DNA of 64,000 nt from Alphaproteobacteria bacterium (GTDB lineage: Bacteria; Pseudomonadota; Alphaproteobacteria; Rs-D84), in assembly GCA_017503725.1 (NCBI GenBank), contig JAFVSL010000005.1, positions 15,455-79,454 on the forward strand, given 5' to 3'. Both the position numbers and the translations under genes were made by a program. Of this stretch, positions 36,620 to 45,623 are shown piece by piece; within the stretch, counting starts at the first letter, position 1; the number at the start of each line of letters is the position of its first letter. Below the pieces are notes generated by a model, which did not search any database, had not been told where the DNA came from, and worked only from the letters and a program-made list of their open reading frames with translations.

Positions 36620-37137
36620 TATCGTGTACGATTCTGCTCTTTGATACGACGCTTGTGCGCATTGTATGCCTCCATAGCAGCCGCCTGGGGACTTACATAT
36701 GTTGTATACATACGTTCATCATCGGCGCTATAAAATTCTGTATCCTTGCCGTGATGCTTATAGGTCACAACAACATTATACCCGATAACACGCCCATTTT
36801 CTATGACCTCGCGCGGGGATTCAACAGATGTCACATCCCAATTAAAAATATGCCGCCAATCTGTTTTCAGTCTCTGCGCCTTTATTCTTTCACGTTCTTG
36901 CTGTTTTCCCATTTTACGCAGATGTTCCTTGTACGATGCCTGGGCCGCATCTTTGGGGCCAACCCACACCTTGTACAAACGCGGATCATCTAAACTATAA
37001 AACTCCACATCTTGACCGTGATACTTATATTCCACGACAACCCGATATCCAACGGTCTTGCCATCTCGCACAACTGCCTCTGGGGCTTTAAGTGCGACAA
37101 TATCCCAGTCCAATATATGCTTCCAATCTATTTTCAT
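36619..37137 (-). CDS. Hypothetical protein made of two tandem copies of an ~85-aa module (W.D.....P.EV...G...GY.VVV.YK.HG.D.EFYS.DD.R.Y)
   Basis: Internal repeat seen by eye. Start taken at the ATG 37137 (MKIDWKHIL), 1 nt after the upstream gene's TAG. The six-frame ORF extends to 37260. Confidence 0.5.
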   Translation of the reverse strand: MKIDWKHILDWDIVALKAPEAVVRDGKTVGYRVVVEYKYHGQDVEFYSLDDPRLYKVWVGPKDAAQASYKEHLRKMGKQQERERIKAQRLKTDWRHIFNWDVTSVESPREVIENGRVIGYNVVVTYKHHGKDTEFYSADDERMYTTYVSPQAAAMEAYNAHKRRIKEQNRTR

Positions 37138-37138
37138 A

Positions 37139-37411
37139 CTATCTACCTTTAATTTTTTGTTGTTTTTCACGATAGAAGTCGAACGCCATTTTTCGTGCCT
37201 TGGCACGTGTAACCATACATAACTTCTCTTCATCATCTGCGAACAGGTATTTCCGTTCACCGTGATATTTATAGTTTACCGTAACCTCGTATCCCAAAAG
37301 AACGTGCCCCTTATCACGATAATCACGATAAACCTCGACCGGTGCAGACACCGCAACCGGTGTCCAATCAAACCAAGTTTTTACATCATTTACAATACCA
37401 CGCAAACCCAT
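37139..37411 (-). CDS. Hypothetical single-module protein of 90 aa, with the same ~85-aa module as the downstream gene
   Basis: VKTWFDWTPVAVSAPVEVYRDYRDKGHVLLGYEVTVNYKYHGERKYLFADDEEKLC aligns with both repeats of the 36619..37137 protein. Confidence 0.5.
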   Translation of the reverse strand: MGLRGIVNDVKTWFDWTPVAVSAPVEVYRDYRDKGHVLLGYEVTVNYKYHGERKYLFADDEEKLCMVTRAKARKMAFDFYREKQQKIKGR

Positions 37412-37412
37412 T

Positions 37413-37910
37413 TTAATTTACCCCCTGTGGTTTTGGGCCAGGTTGCTGTTGCATACGTGCCATAACCGCTTCCATACCACCCATACGCTGAATCATTGCC
37501 ATTTGTTGTTTCATTTTTGTGTATTGCTTAATCATATGTTCAACATCACGTACGGTGCAACCTGCTGTCTCGGCAATACGTGCCTTGGCATTGGCGAAAA
37601 CTTTTTCTGGATTTGCGCGTTCTTCGGCGGTCATCGCTTCCAAGATTTTAATTTGCGCATCGACACTGCCGTCTTTGATTTTTTCTTTCATTGCACCAAC
37701 GGCATCTTTCATACCCGGCACCATTTTCAACAGACCGCTAAAATTGCTCATTTTCTTAATCTGCTTTAACTGCGCCAGCATATCATTCATATCAAATTGA
37801 CCCGACATCATACGCTCGGCCGTTTCGCGCATACCAGATGGTATTTTTTCCGCCACCGCTTCGTTTTCTACAACATTTTCTTGTTTTTTCTTTTTACCAA
37901 AGCCAAACAT
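37413..37910 (-). CDS. Standalone SRP54 (Ffh) M-domain-like protein of 165 aa, with no NG/GTPase domain
   Basis: Aligns by eye to the Ffh linker and M-domain (FD.ND.L.QL.Q.KKM..........PGM ... AEERA.PE ... A.ARIAE.AG..V.DV..M.KQY..M). Strong RBS AAGGAG 7 nt upstream of the ATG. The upstream neighbour is uvrA. Confidence 0.65.
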   Translation of the reverse strand: MFGFGKKKKQENVVENEAVAEKIPSGMRETAERMMSGQFDMNDMLAQLKQIKKMSNFSGLLKMVPGMKDAVGAMKEKIKDGSVDAQIKILEAMTAEERANPEKVFANAKARIAETAGCTVRDVEHMIKQYTKMKQQMAMIQRMGGMEAVMARMQQQPGPKPQGVN

Positions 37911-37951
37911 TTCTACTCCTTTTAATGTTTTCTATTTTATTGTCTTTTTAT

Positions 37952-40786
37952 CTATTTGTCCAGATACTTCTTTAAATATTTCCCGGTCTGCGATTCGGAT
38001 ACATTTACAATATCTTCGGGCGTACCGGTTGCGATGACCCGACCGCCATTTGAGCCACCGGTTGGCCCTAAATCTATAATCCAGTCTGCGGTCTTAATCA
38101 CTTCCAGATTATGTTCGATAACGATAACCGTATTCCCTTGTTCGACCAATTCGTGTAACACAGACAACAACATCTTGATATCTTCAAAATGCAATCCCGT
38201 TGTTGGTTCGTCCAAGATATAAATTGTTTGCCCCGTACTGCGTGCGGCTAATTCTTTGGATAATTTTATACGCTGGGCCTCGCCCCCGGACAGGTCCAAC
38301 GAACTTTGCCCCAGTTTGATATAATCCAACCCCACACGCTTTAACAACCCCAATTTGCGGGCAATTTTGGGGACATTGACAAAGAACCGATATGCCTCTT
38401 CGACGGTCATATTCAAGACATCTGCGATTGATTTACCCTTGTACTTTACCGCCAGTGTTTCTTCGTTATAACGCGTCCCGTGACAGCAATCACATTCCAC
38501 ATACACATCGGCCAAGAAATTCATTTCTATCTTAATCTGGCCATCACCCTGACAGGCCTCGCACCGGCCACCTTTGACGTTAAATGAAAAACGCCCCGAC
38601 GTGTATCCACGTGCCTTGGCCTCGGGCAGGCACGCAAAGAAATCACGAATATCGCCAAATACACCGGTATATGTTGCCGGATTACTGCGTGGTGTGCGCC
38701 CAATTGGGGATTGATCGATATCAACCACCTTGTCCACGTTTTCCATACCACGAATAATATCGTGCGCCCCCGTTTCCAGTTTTGAATTGTACAACGCACG
38801 CATCAGCGCCGGATACAACGTATTTAACAGCAATGTCGATTTCCCAGACCCCGACACACCCGTCAGCGCCACAAATTTACCCAACGGAAATTCAACATCT
38901 ATGTTTTTAAGGTTATTCCCACACGCACCCGTCACAACAATTGATTTTCCATTACCCGCGCGACGCTTTTTCGGTACGGCAATTTTACGTTTACCCGATA
39001 AATATTGCCCGGTGATTGAATCTTTGTTTTTTATAACCTGACCGGGGGTCCCGTGCGCAACAACATTTCCACCGTTAATTCCCGCGCCACGTCCAATATC
39101 CACCAAATAATCCGCCGCGCGCATTGCATCTTCGTCGTGTTCGACAACAATGACCGTGTTATCCTTGTCCCGCAGCATTTTCAGCGTTTCCAACAATTTG
39201 TCATTATCCGCCTGGTGCAGACCAATGGATGGTTCATCCAAAACATACAGAACCCCCGACAGACCACTGCCGATTTGTGACGCCAGGCGAATACGCTGGG
39301 CCTCGCCCCCCGACAGGGTGCCCGCCATACGCGACATTGTTAAATACCCCAACCCAACATTTTGCAGGAAATATAATCTGTCTGTAATTTCACGCAAAAC
39401 AATTCGTGCGATTTCATTATCTTTGGTCGACAAATGATTTGGCAAATCACGGAACCATTGCAGGCAATCATCAACCGACATATCACACACATCCATAATG
39501 TCGGCACCATTTATACGCACACATAACGCATGAATATTCAAGCGCTTGCCGTGACACACCGGACACGGTTTTTCAGACTGATATCGCGCCAGATCGCTAC
39601 GTACCGCCTCTGAATCCGATTCGCGCCACCGGCGTTCCAGATTTGGAATAACCCCTTCGAACGGCTTTTCGTACACAAATCCATTCCAGTTAATTTTGAT
39701 TGGTTTATCACCACTGCCGTACAGAATTAAATCTTTTTGTTCCGCCGTCAATGTGTGCCACGGTTTTCCAAGTGGGATTTTGAATGCTTTATGCAAGGCT
39801 TCGAACAAATGCTCATATTGACTAAGCATTCCGCCACGTGACCACGGTGCAATCGCCCCACCCAAAATTGACTTAGATGGATCCGGCACAGCCAAATCCG
39901 GCGACATATTTAATTGCACACCCAACCCGTCACAGTTCTGGCATGCCCCCATCGGCGCATTAAACGAGAACAAGCGTGGCTCAATCTTTGGTACTGTAAA
40001 ACCACTGACCGGACAGGCATAGTTTTGCGAATATAAAATATCTTCATTTGTGTCCAGGCGACGCACCAACACCGACCCCGGCACCAAACGCAAGCCCCCC
40101 TCGAACGATGCATACATACGCGACCGAATTTCTTCTGTTTCGGCATCTGCATCTGGAATTTGTAATCTATCAACAATAACGAAAATATTATGCTTTTTGT
40201 TTTTATCTAATGTCGGCACCGCGGACAAATCAACCAATTCATCATCAATAATCGCGCGCTGATACCCCTGCTTGACCAAGAACGCCAATTCTTTGCGATA
40301 TTCACCCTTACGCTCGCGTACCAGTGGCGCCATAATAAATATTTTTGTACCCGCCGGGATTTTCATTGTCCAATCGACCATTTCCGCAATAGATTGCGAC
40401 TTAATCGGCTTGCCGGTAACGGGTGAATGCGGCACACCAATACGCGCCCACAACAGACGCAGATAATCATAAACCTCGGTCACGGTACCAACGGTAGAGC
40501 GTGGGTTTTTTGACGTTGTTTTCTGTTCAATGGAAATGGCGGGTGACAGCCCCTCAATCAAATCAACGTCTGGCTTTTTCTGCATATCCAGGAACTGACG
40601 TGCATACGACGACAGCGATTCAACATATCTGCGCTGGCCCTCGGCATAAATGGTATTAAATGCCAGCGACGATTTTCCCGACCCAGATACGCCGGTAAAG
40701 ACCACCAATTTATTCTTTGGTATGTCCAGGTCGATATTTTTAAGATTATTTTCGCGTGCACCACGAATTTTTATTACATTTGCCAT
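37952..40786 (-). CDS. uvrA: Excinuclease ABC subunit A
   Basis: Two ABC ATPase modules ([20 protein letters not shown]), zinc fingers. 944 aa. Confidence 0.95.
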   Translation of the reverse strand: MANVIKIRGARENNLKNIDLDIPKNKLVVFTGVSGSGKSSLAFNTIYAEGQRRYVESLSSYARQFLDMQKKPDVDLIEGLSPAISIEQKTTSKNPRSTVGTVTEVYDYLRLLWARIGVPHSPVTGKPIKSQSIAEMVDWTMKIPAGTKIFIMAPLVRERKGEYRKELAFLVKQGYQRAIIDDELVDLSAVPTLDKNKKHNIFVIVDRLQIPDADAETEEIRSRMYASFEGGLRLVPGSVLVRRLDTNEDILYSQNYACPVSGFTVPKIEPRLFSFNAPMGACQNCDGLGVQLNMSPDLAVPDPSKSILGGAIAPWSRGGMLSQYEHLFEALHKAFKIPLGKPWHTLTAEQKDLILYGSGDKPIKINWNGFVYEKPFEGVIPNLERRWRESDSEAVRSDLARYQSEKPCPVCHGKRLNIHALCVRINGADIMDVCDMSVDDCLQWFRDLPNHLSTKDNEIARIVLREITDRLYFLQNVGLGYLTMSRMAGTLSGGEAQRIRLASQIGSGLSGVLYVLDEPSIGLHQADNDKLLETLKMLRDKDNTVIVVEHDEDAMRAADYLVDIGRGAGINGGNVVAHGTPGQVIKNKDSITGQYLSGKRKIAVPKKRRAGNGKSIVVTGACGNNLKNIDVEFPLGKFVALTGVSGSGKSTLLLNTLYPALMRALYNSKLETGAHDIIRGMENVDKVVDIDQSPIGRTPRSNPATYTGVFGDIRDFFACLPEAKARGYTSGRFSFNVKGGRCEACQGDGQIKIEMNFLADVYVECDCCHGTRYNEETLAVKYKGKSIADVLNMTVEEAYRFFVNVPKIARKLGLLKRVGLDYIKLGQSSLDLSGGEAQRIKLSKELAARSTGQTIYILDEPTTGLHFEDIKMLLSVLHELVEQGNTVIVIEHNLEVIKTADWIIDLGPTGGSNGGRVIATGTPEDIVNVSESQTGKYLKKYLDK

Positions 40787-40862
40787 AGTGATATAAATAT
40801 AGATTAAATATTCAAAAATTCAATAGAAAGGGGCGAAATTTCTTTCGCCCCGGAATACGTTC

Positions 40863-41732
40863 TTATTTCTTGCCCATCAGATTTTCCGGCGACAAAATAA
40901 TCCCAGTTTTGCGAACACCGACATCACCCACACGTGGTGCCAATTTTCCATTAACCCAAACGTCAATTCCGCCCGCGTTACCAAATGTCGCCTTGTACTT
41001 ATCCCCCAATGGCACATAGTAAACATCGCCCGTCACCAACACACGACTAAATTCGGTATTACCACGTGCATCTTCTACCTTGACCCAGGATTCCTGGGTT
41101 GCCTGTAAAATGACATTTGATTTTTTACGATTTTCTGTACCAAAGCGTTCACGCACCGTCAGTTTATATTCAGGCTCGGAACTTTCAACCACCGCAACGG
41201 TTTCTGGTACAACGGGCGCGACCTCTTCTGCGTTACCACCACCCAGTAACGACGCAACAACAATCGCCAAAATAATCGCCGCCAGCGCACCCGCAAACCA
41301 AATCCAGTGTTGATAAACAAACTGATACGCACGCACAAAGAATTCCTTGGTCGGATTTTCAACCTTTAAACTGGGGCGCGCACAGGTCGGTCCTTCTTCG
41401 TCTGCATTATCACCCGACGTTGAACAGGCACCCGGAATAACACCCATTTCCTGTTTAATTTTGGTTACAATTTCATCCGGATTTAACCCCAATTCCATTG
41501 CATAGTTACGCGCAAACCCCAGAATATAAACCGTCTCTGGGATGAACGTATAATTACCCTCTTCCAGTGCTTGCAAAAATTCCTCACGAATGCACAACTG
41601 TTTTGCAATGGTTGAAATTTCACGCTTTCTGCGACCGGTCGTACGCGCATTGCGCAACATTTCACCCGCGGTTAATTCAACCGGCGTTTCGACAACATCA
41701 ACATTTTCGACATTTTCATTCATAATAAACAT
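40863..41732 (-). CDS. rodZ: RodZ-like cytoskeleton protein: N-terminal XRE-type HTH, single TM, C-terminal DUF4115-like domain
   Basis: HTH (GEMLRNARTTGRRKREISTIAKQLCIREEFLQALEEG). TM (WIWFAGALAAIILAIVVASLL). Conserved C-terminal domain. Confidence 0.65.
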   Translation of the reverse strand: MFIMNENVENVDVVETPVELTAGEMLRNARTTGRRKREISTIAKQLCIREEFLQALEEGNYTFIPETVYILGFARNYAMELGLNPDEIVTKIKQEMGVIPGACSTSGDNADEEGPTCARPSLKVENPTKEFFVRAYQFVYQHWIWFAGALAAIILAIVVASLLGGGNAEEVAPVVPETVAVVESSEPEYKLTVRERFGTENRKKSNVILQATQESWVKVEDARGNTEFSRVLVTGDVYYVPLGDKYKATFGNAGGIDVWVNGKLAPRVGDVGVRKTGIILSPENLMGKK

Positions 41733-41756
41733 CCCATCGTTAATAGCATTGTTCGC

Positions 41757-42668
41757 CTAAATCATACCCCAAAATTCGCGAATTGCAACCTTTAAGACAT
41801 CGGCGTCATCAATTTGATTTACACGGATTCTGAATTCAGATGAATTTGGCATTCCCGCACTGTACCACGCGGCGTGCTTACGAAACATCGGCACGGCGGT
41901 CTTTTCACCATAGTATTCAATCGCATATTCCAAATGTCGCAACACAACATCCCCAATATTTTCCGGGTCGCGCCCACCAATCATTTGATTTAAAATCCAC
42001 GGTCGCCCCATCAGACCACGCCCAATCATCGCCCCCGCATAGCCCAATGTATCCAGCCCCTTTAAATCATCCGCCGATTTAATATCGCCATTTGCAATAA
42101 TCGGAATCGGGCACGCCGACACATCTGGATGTACCGCCACCCCCAGGTATAATTGCGCACGTGTTCGCCCGTGCAGCGCCGCGAACCGCACGCCGCAATC
42201 CGCCGCTATATTGATTAAATCGCGCCAATCCATATGCGCATCATCCCACCCCAGGCGCGTTTTTATAGACACTGGAATTTGTACCGCATTTACAACCGCC
42301 GCCATTATTTTACCGGCCTGCCTATGATCACGCATCAAATGCGCCCCGGCATTTGCACGTGTTGCAACCTTTGGCACGGGACACCCCATATTAATATCAA
42401 TCCATTTAGCGCCGGCATCTTGTAAAATACGTGCGGCATCCGCCATCAGGTTTACATCCGCACCAAATATCTGGGCACCAACAGAACCCTCGTCCGCATA
42501 GTTATCAAAATTACGCAGGCAATTCTTATGCGCCCCCACAATAGAATGACACGAAATCATTTCGGTCACCATTGGCGCATTTGGTGAAAACTCACGCACG
42601 ATACGACGAAACGGGCGATCAGTAACCCCGGCAAGTGGCGCAGCAAAAATTTGATTATCACATAACAT
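41757..42668 (-). CDS. dusB: tRNA-dihydrouridine synthase
   Basis: FAAPLAGVTDRPFRR...GADVNLMADAARI...DINMGCPVPKV motifs. Start placed at the ATG 42668 (MLCDNQIF). The six-frame ORF extends to 42905 and would overlap the divergent ftsB-like gene. Confidence 0.75.
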   Translation of the reverse strand: MLCDNQIFAAPLAGVTDRPFRRIVREFSPNAPMVTEMISCHSIVGAHKNCLRNFDNYADEGSVGAQIFGADVNLMADAARILQDAGAKWIDINMGCPVPKVATRANAGAHLMRDHRQAGKIMAAVVNAVQIPVSIKTRLGWDDAHMDWRDLINIAADCGVRFAALHGRTRAQLYLGVAVHPDVSACPIPIIANGDIKSADDLKGLDTLGYAGAMIGRGLMGRPWILNQMIGGRDPENIGDVVLRHLEYAIEYYGEKTAVPMFRKHAAWYSAGMPNSSEFRIRVNQIDDADVLKVAIREFWGMI

Positions 42669-42678
42669 TTGTGATATA

Positions 42679-43014
42679 ATGCCACCGATGAAGGAAAAAA
42701 TCAAAAATTTATTTGCATTTATTGGTCGCGCCTGGTCGGGCGGGATTCGTGGAAAATTTGGCGTTTTGGCGTGTATGTTTGCGCTGTTTATATTCCTGCG
42801 CATATTCTGGGGCGATGTAAACGTCCAGAATTTTGTCATTAACATATGGCGCCTGAACGGGGAACAGGAAACACTGCGCACAGAACGCGCAAAATTGGAC
42901 GCCATTAACCGTCACATCGATTTATTAAAATCATACAGTCCTGATTACGTTTCTGAAATTGGGCTAAAATACCTGAACATTGGTGATGATAAATACAAGA
43001 TTTTAAAGATATAA
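42679..43014 (+). CDS. ftsB: Septum formation initiator of the FtsB/DivIC type: TM segment plus coiled-coil
   Basis: Single TM (FGVLACMFALFIFLRIFW) followed by the coiled-coil LRTERAKLDAINRHIDLLK. Confidence 0.55.
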   Translation: MPPMKEKIKNLFAFIGRAWSGGIRGKFGVLACMFALFIFLRIFWGDVNVQNFVINIWRLNGEQETLRTERAKLDAINRHIDLLKSYSPDYVSEIGLKYLNIGDDKYKILKI

Positions 43015-43076
43015 AAATCCCCCACTTGCCCCCGCGCAAACGGAAGTTTGCGTAGGTGGACATTCAGGGGATTTTT

Positions 43077-43550
43077 TTAATTCAAAAACAAGATTGACGC
43101 ATTTAAATATGTCGCGAACAGCATCCAAATCACATACGGCCATACCAGATATGATGCCAGTTTGCTGATTGGCTTGAACGCAGACGCCATCCATATTGCA
43201 ACTATAATCAACGCAATCAGAACAACCAACGCCGCACCAACCATATGCAGACCAAAATACAAATACGTCCACGCAAAATTCAACACCATTTGCGCCAAAA
43301 ACAGCCAGTACGCACGCGCCTTGCTAAGTCTGGTCTTTTCGTTGCTGATAATCAGATACAACGCCCAACCCAACAGGGCATATAATATTGTCCACGCCAC
43401 ACTGAACACCCAGCCATCTGGTGTCAGCACAGATTTATTCAATGCATTAAACCAGGCATCCGAACCATTATGCGGTGTAAACATCACCCCGAATATTCCC
43501 GGGATAAAAGATATAACCATCGCGATGATAAATTGAAAAAACTTTTTCAT
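43077..43550 (-). CDS. tspO: TspO/MBR family tryptophan-rich sensory protein
   Basis: Five-TM Trp-rich protein of about 157 aa with typical W/Y pattern (WFNAL.K....P..WVFSVAWTILY). Confidence 0.75.
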   Translation of the reverse strand: MKKFFQFIIAMVISFIPGIFGVMFTPHNGSDAWFNALNKSVLTPDGWVFSVAWTILYALLGWALYLIISNEKTRLSKARAYWLFLAQMVLNFAWTYLYFGLHMVGAALVVLIALIIVAIWMASAFKPISKLASYLVWPYVIWMLFATYLNASILFLN

Positions 43551-43686
43551 CTTTTTTCTCTCCTTTATACTCTGGGGAACATTATATCACGTGTTTCCCC
43601 ACCCCGACACAGGAACGATTTCACACACCCCTTGACAAAACAACCCCGGATTTGCTATCCATTCAAGTATTCAAGGAGTAAAAGTA

Positions 43687-44121
43687 ATGAAAAACGAAGA
43701 TATTTTCTTAAAAATCGTTAACCAAAACCCATCTATTTATCAATATGTAGAATTCAAAACCGGCACCCCATACATCAGCGCATTTGACACAAACGGCCGT
43801 CGTACTGCCAAGCATGTAACCTATGACGATAAACATCGTGCCCTAGAACTGGCCATAAGCACCAAGGCACCAACCCTGTCATACGACAACGGTGTTTATT
43901 GTTGGGCAGACGGTACAAATGTTTATCTATTTGTTGAACCAGACCTGGCGCGCGCCCTGTGGCCAAATCGCGAACCATTACAGAACGGATATGTACCAAT
44001 GGCAAATGGCGAAACATTACTGACATTTCCATCATTGATGCACCTGCGCAATACATCATATCATCATCAGAAACAAAAACTGATGAACGCGGCCCAACGC
44101 AACACACAGCACACAATATAA
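43687..44121 (+). CDS. Hypothetical protein
   Basis: RBS AAGGAG upstream of the ATG. Terminator hairpin at 44124-44150. Confidence 0.5.
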   Translation: MKNEDIFLKIVNQNPSIYQYVEFKTGTPYISAFDTNGRRTAKHVTYDDKHRALELAISTKAPTLSYDNGVYCWADGTNVYLFVEPDLARALWPNREPLQNGYVPMANGETLLTFPSLMHLRNTSYHHQKQKLMNAAQRNTQHTI

Positions 44122-44189
44122 AACCATCGCCCCAAAATGGGGCGGTTTGAATTTCTGGTTTACCATACGAAGCATTTTGCGAAGTATGG

Positions 44190-44300
44190 CGCGCCCGGCA
44201 GGATTGTAAATTCCCATATTCGCTTTCGCTCTATGGGCCCCTTTCGCCTACGGCTCGAACCCACAGGTTCTCATCCAAGTTCGTGCAACAAAAATTAAAC
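44190..44300 (-). pseudogene. Tandem decayed tRNA 3'-end fragments. TGGCGCGCCCGGCAGGATT is the last 19 nt of a tRNA-Arg, broken in the T-loop. A second T-arm-like piece is GGGTTCGAGCCGTAGG.
   Basis: The acceptor 3' strand CGGGCGC-G-CCA is complementary to the 5' half at 57571-57618. Confidence 0.45.
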
Positions 44301-44326
44301 CGTCCATCCGGACGGTTGAATTTCTG

Positions 44327-44375
44327 GCACGCCCTACAGGATTCGAACCTGTGACCTGCAGATTAGAAATCGTCT
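44327..44375 (-). pseudogene. tRNA-Arg(TCT)-like 3' half: anticodon loop to CCA with no 5' half. Candidate att remnant.
   Basis: Reverse complement CGATTTCTAATCTGCAGGTCACAGGTTCGAATCCTGTAGGGCGTGCCA has an intact T-arm, acceptor and CCA. The upstream sequence is not tRNA-like. Confidence 0.55.
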
Positions 44376-44479
44376 GAACCGAAACCGATTGTTTGCCCGA
44401 TTCCCGCCCTTTGCCACCATTTTACCCTTATACTAAACTCCATACTATGTAGCAAATATGTAACATTTTTACAAAAACG

Positions 44480-45532
44480 CTACACAATTTCCCAATGACC
44501 GCCACGATCTGGACCGATACGGCGAATTTTCCCGGACTTTTTCAATTTATCCAGATTCCACTTTACACCATCCGGGCTAAGCCCTGTTGCGCTGGCCAAT
44601 TCGGCACGTGTTGCACTTGGATTCTTCGCCAATATATCCAAAATTTTCTGGGCAGTTTTCTGGGTAGTTTTCTGGGTAGTTTTCTGGGTAGTTTTTGCCA
44701 CATTTTCCTTTATCTGCATTTCACGATTATCAAGGCGATTTTTCTCGCCCAATAACAAATTACCAAAGAATTTGTTCAAGTATTCCATCGTGTACGGAAT
44801 ATTCTTTTCCAGATTTTGATAATTCGCACGAACCAGTGCATTTCTGAAATATTTCGCATGCTTTTCAAACATTTCATTGTTTGTATGCAAACCCAACGTA
44901 TCTAAATACTTTATAATAAATACAACTGTCGCGCGAGTATTCCCCTCGCCAAACGGGTGTATTTGCCATATCCCAGACATAAATTTTTCAATATGTTCTA
45001 TGCGTTGGCGTTTGGTTAAACTGCTATAATCAAACTGTTTCTCTTGTGCAAAATCGTATTCCAGCGTTTCAGCAATACTGTCTGCCCGACCATAGACAAC
45101 AGTATCATTGTTCAATATTTCTTCTTTCTTGGTTATATTATATGTGCGGAACTGACCAGCTATTTTTTTATCCAGAACACCATCAAATAAAGCCCCATGA
45201 ATCGATTTATATTCGGCCGGGCTGAATGTAAATGTCTTTTCGCTTAATAATTTCGCAATACGTGCAGATACCTTATCAGCTTCTTGCTCGTCTTGCTCTT
45301 TCTGGGTAGTTGCAGCATTTTCATGATAATAGCGATTTATTTCACGTTCTGCATCATAGACCGATATTTTCCCCTCTATATTATCTTTTGCAATATCAAT
45401 CAGATATTTAGATGGCGTTAAATTATCAACCATCTGCAGACCAATGGCAACACCCCAGTTTTCTGCACGAGTGCGTTTATCCGGTTCGCCTTGCTTTTTA
45501 TATTCACTAAAATACTGCTTTTGTCTTGCCAT
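44480..45532 (-). CDS. Fic/DOC family protein with C-terminal winged-HTH. Contains an in-frame TTQK x4 tandem repeat.
   Basis: Fic motif HPFGEGNTRAT. C-terminal wHTH (ILDILAKNPSATRAELASATGLSPDGVKWNLDKLKKSGKIRRI). Confidence 0.8.
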   Translation of the reverse strand: MARQKQYFSEYKKQGEPDKRTRAENWGVAIGLQMVDNLTPSKYLIDIAKDNIEGKISVYDAEREINRYYHENAATTQKEQDEQEADKVSARIAKLLSEKTFTFSPAEYKSIHGALFDGVLDKKIAGQFRTYNITKKEEILNNDTVVYGRADSIAETLEYDFAQEKQFDYSSLTKRQRIEHIEKFMSGIWQIHPFGEGNTRATVVFIIKYLDTLGLHTNNEMFEKHAKYFRNALVRANYQNLEKNIPYTMEYLNKFFGNLLLGEKNRLDNREMQIKENVAKTTQKTTQKTTQKTAQKILDILAKNPSATRAELASATGLSPDGVKWNLDKLKKSGKIRRIGPDRGGHWEIV

Positions 45533-45623
45533 CTCTGAATTTCATAGTAATCAAACTTCCCCACCTTTTCAACCAAGAAATAAAAACGCGGTCATTCGAC
45601 CACGTTTTTTCGTTCGGTTATAT

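Noticed and set aside
42669-42905. 79-codon N-terminal extension of the Dus ORF
   Set aside because: It is not Dus-like in sequence and would overlap the divergent ftsB-like gene. The conserved Dus N-terminus begins at the internal ATG.
44327-44375. tmRNA (ssrA) 3' tRNA-like domain
   Set aside because: The acceptor lacks the Ala G3:U70 determinant and the sequence aligns with tRNA-Arg (TCT loop). No upstream tag-reading-frame or pseudoknot-like sequence is present. It is interpreted as an att-site tRNA fragment.
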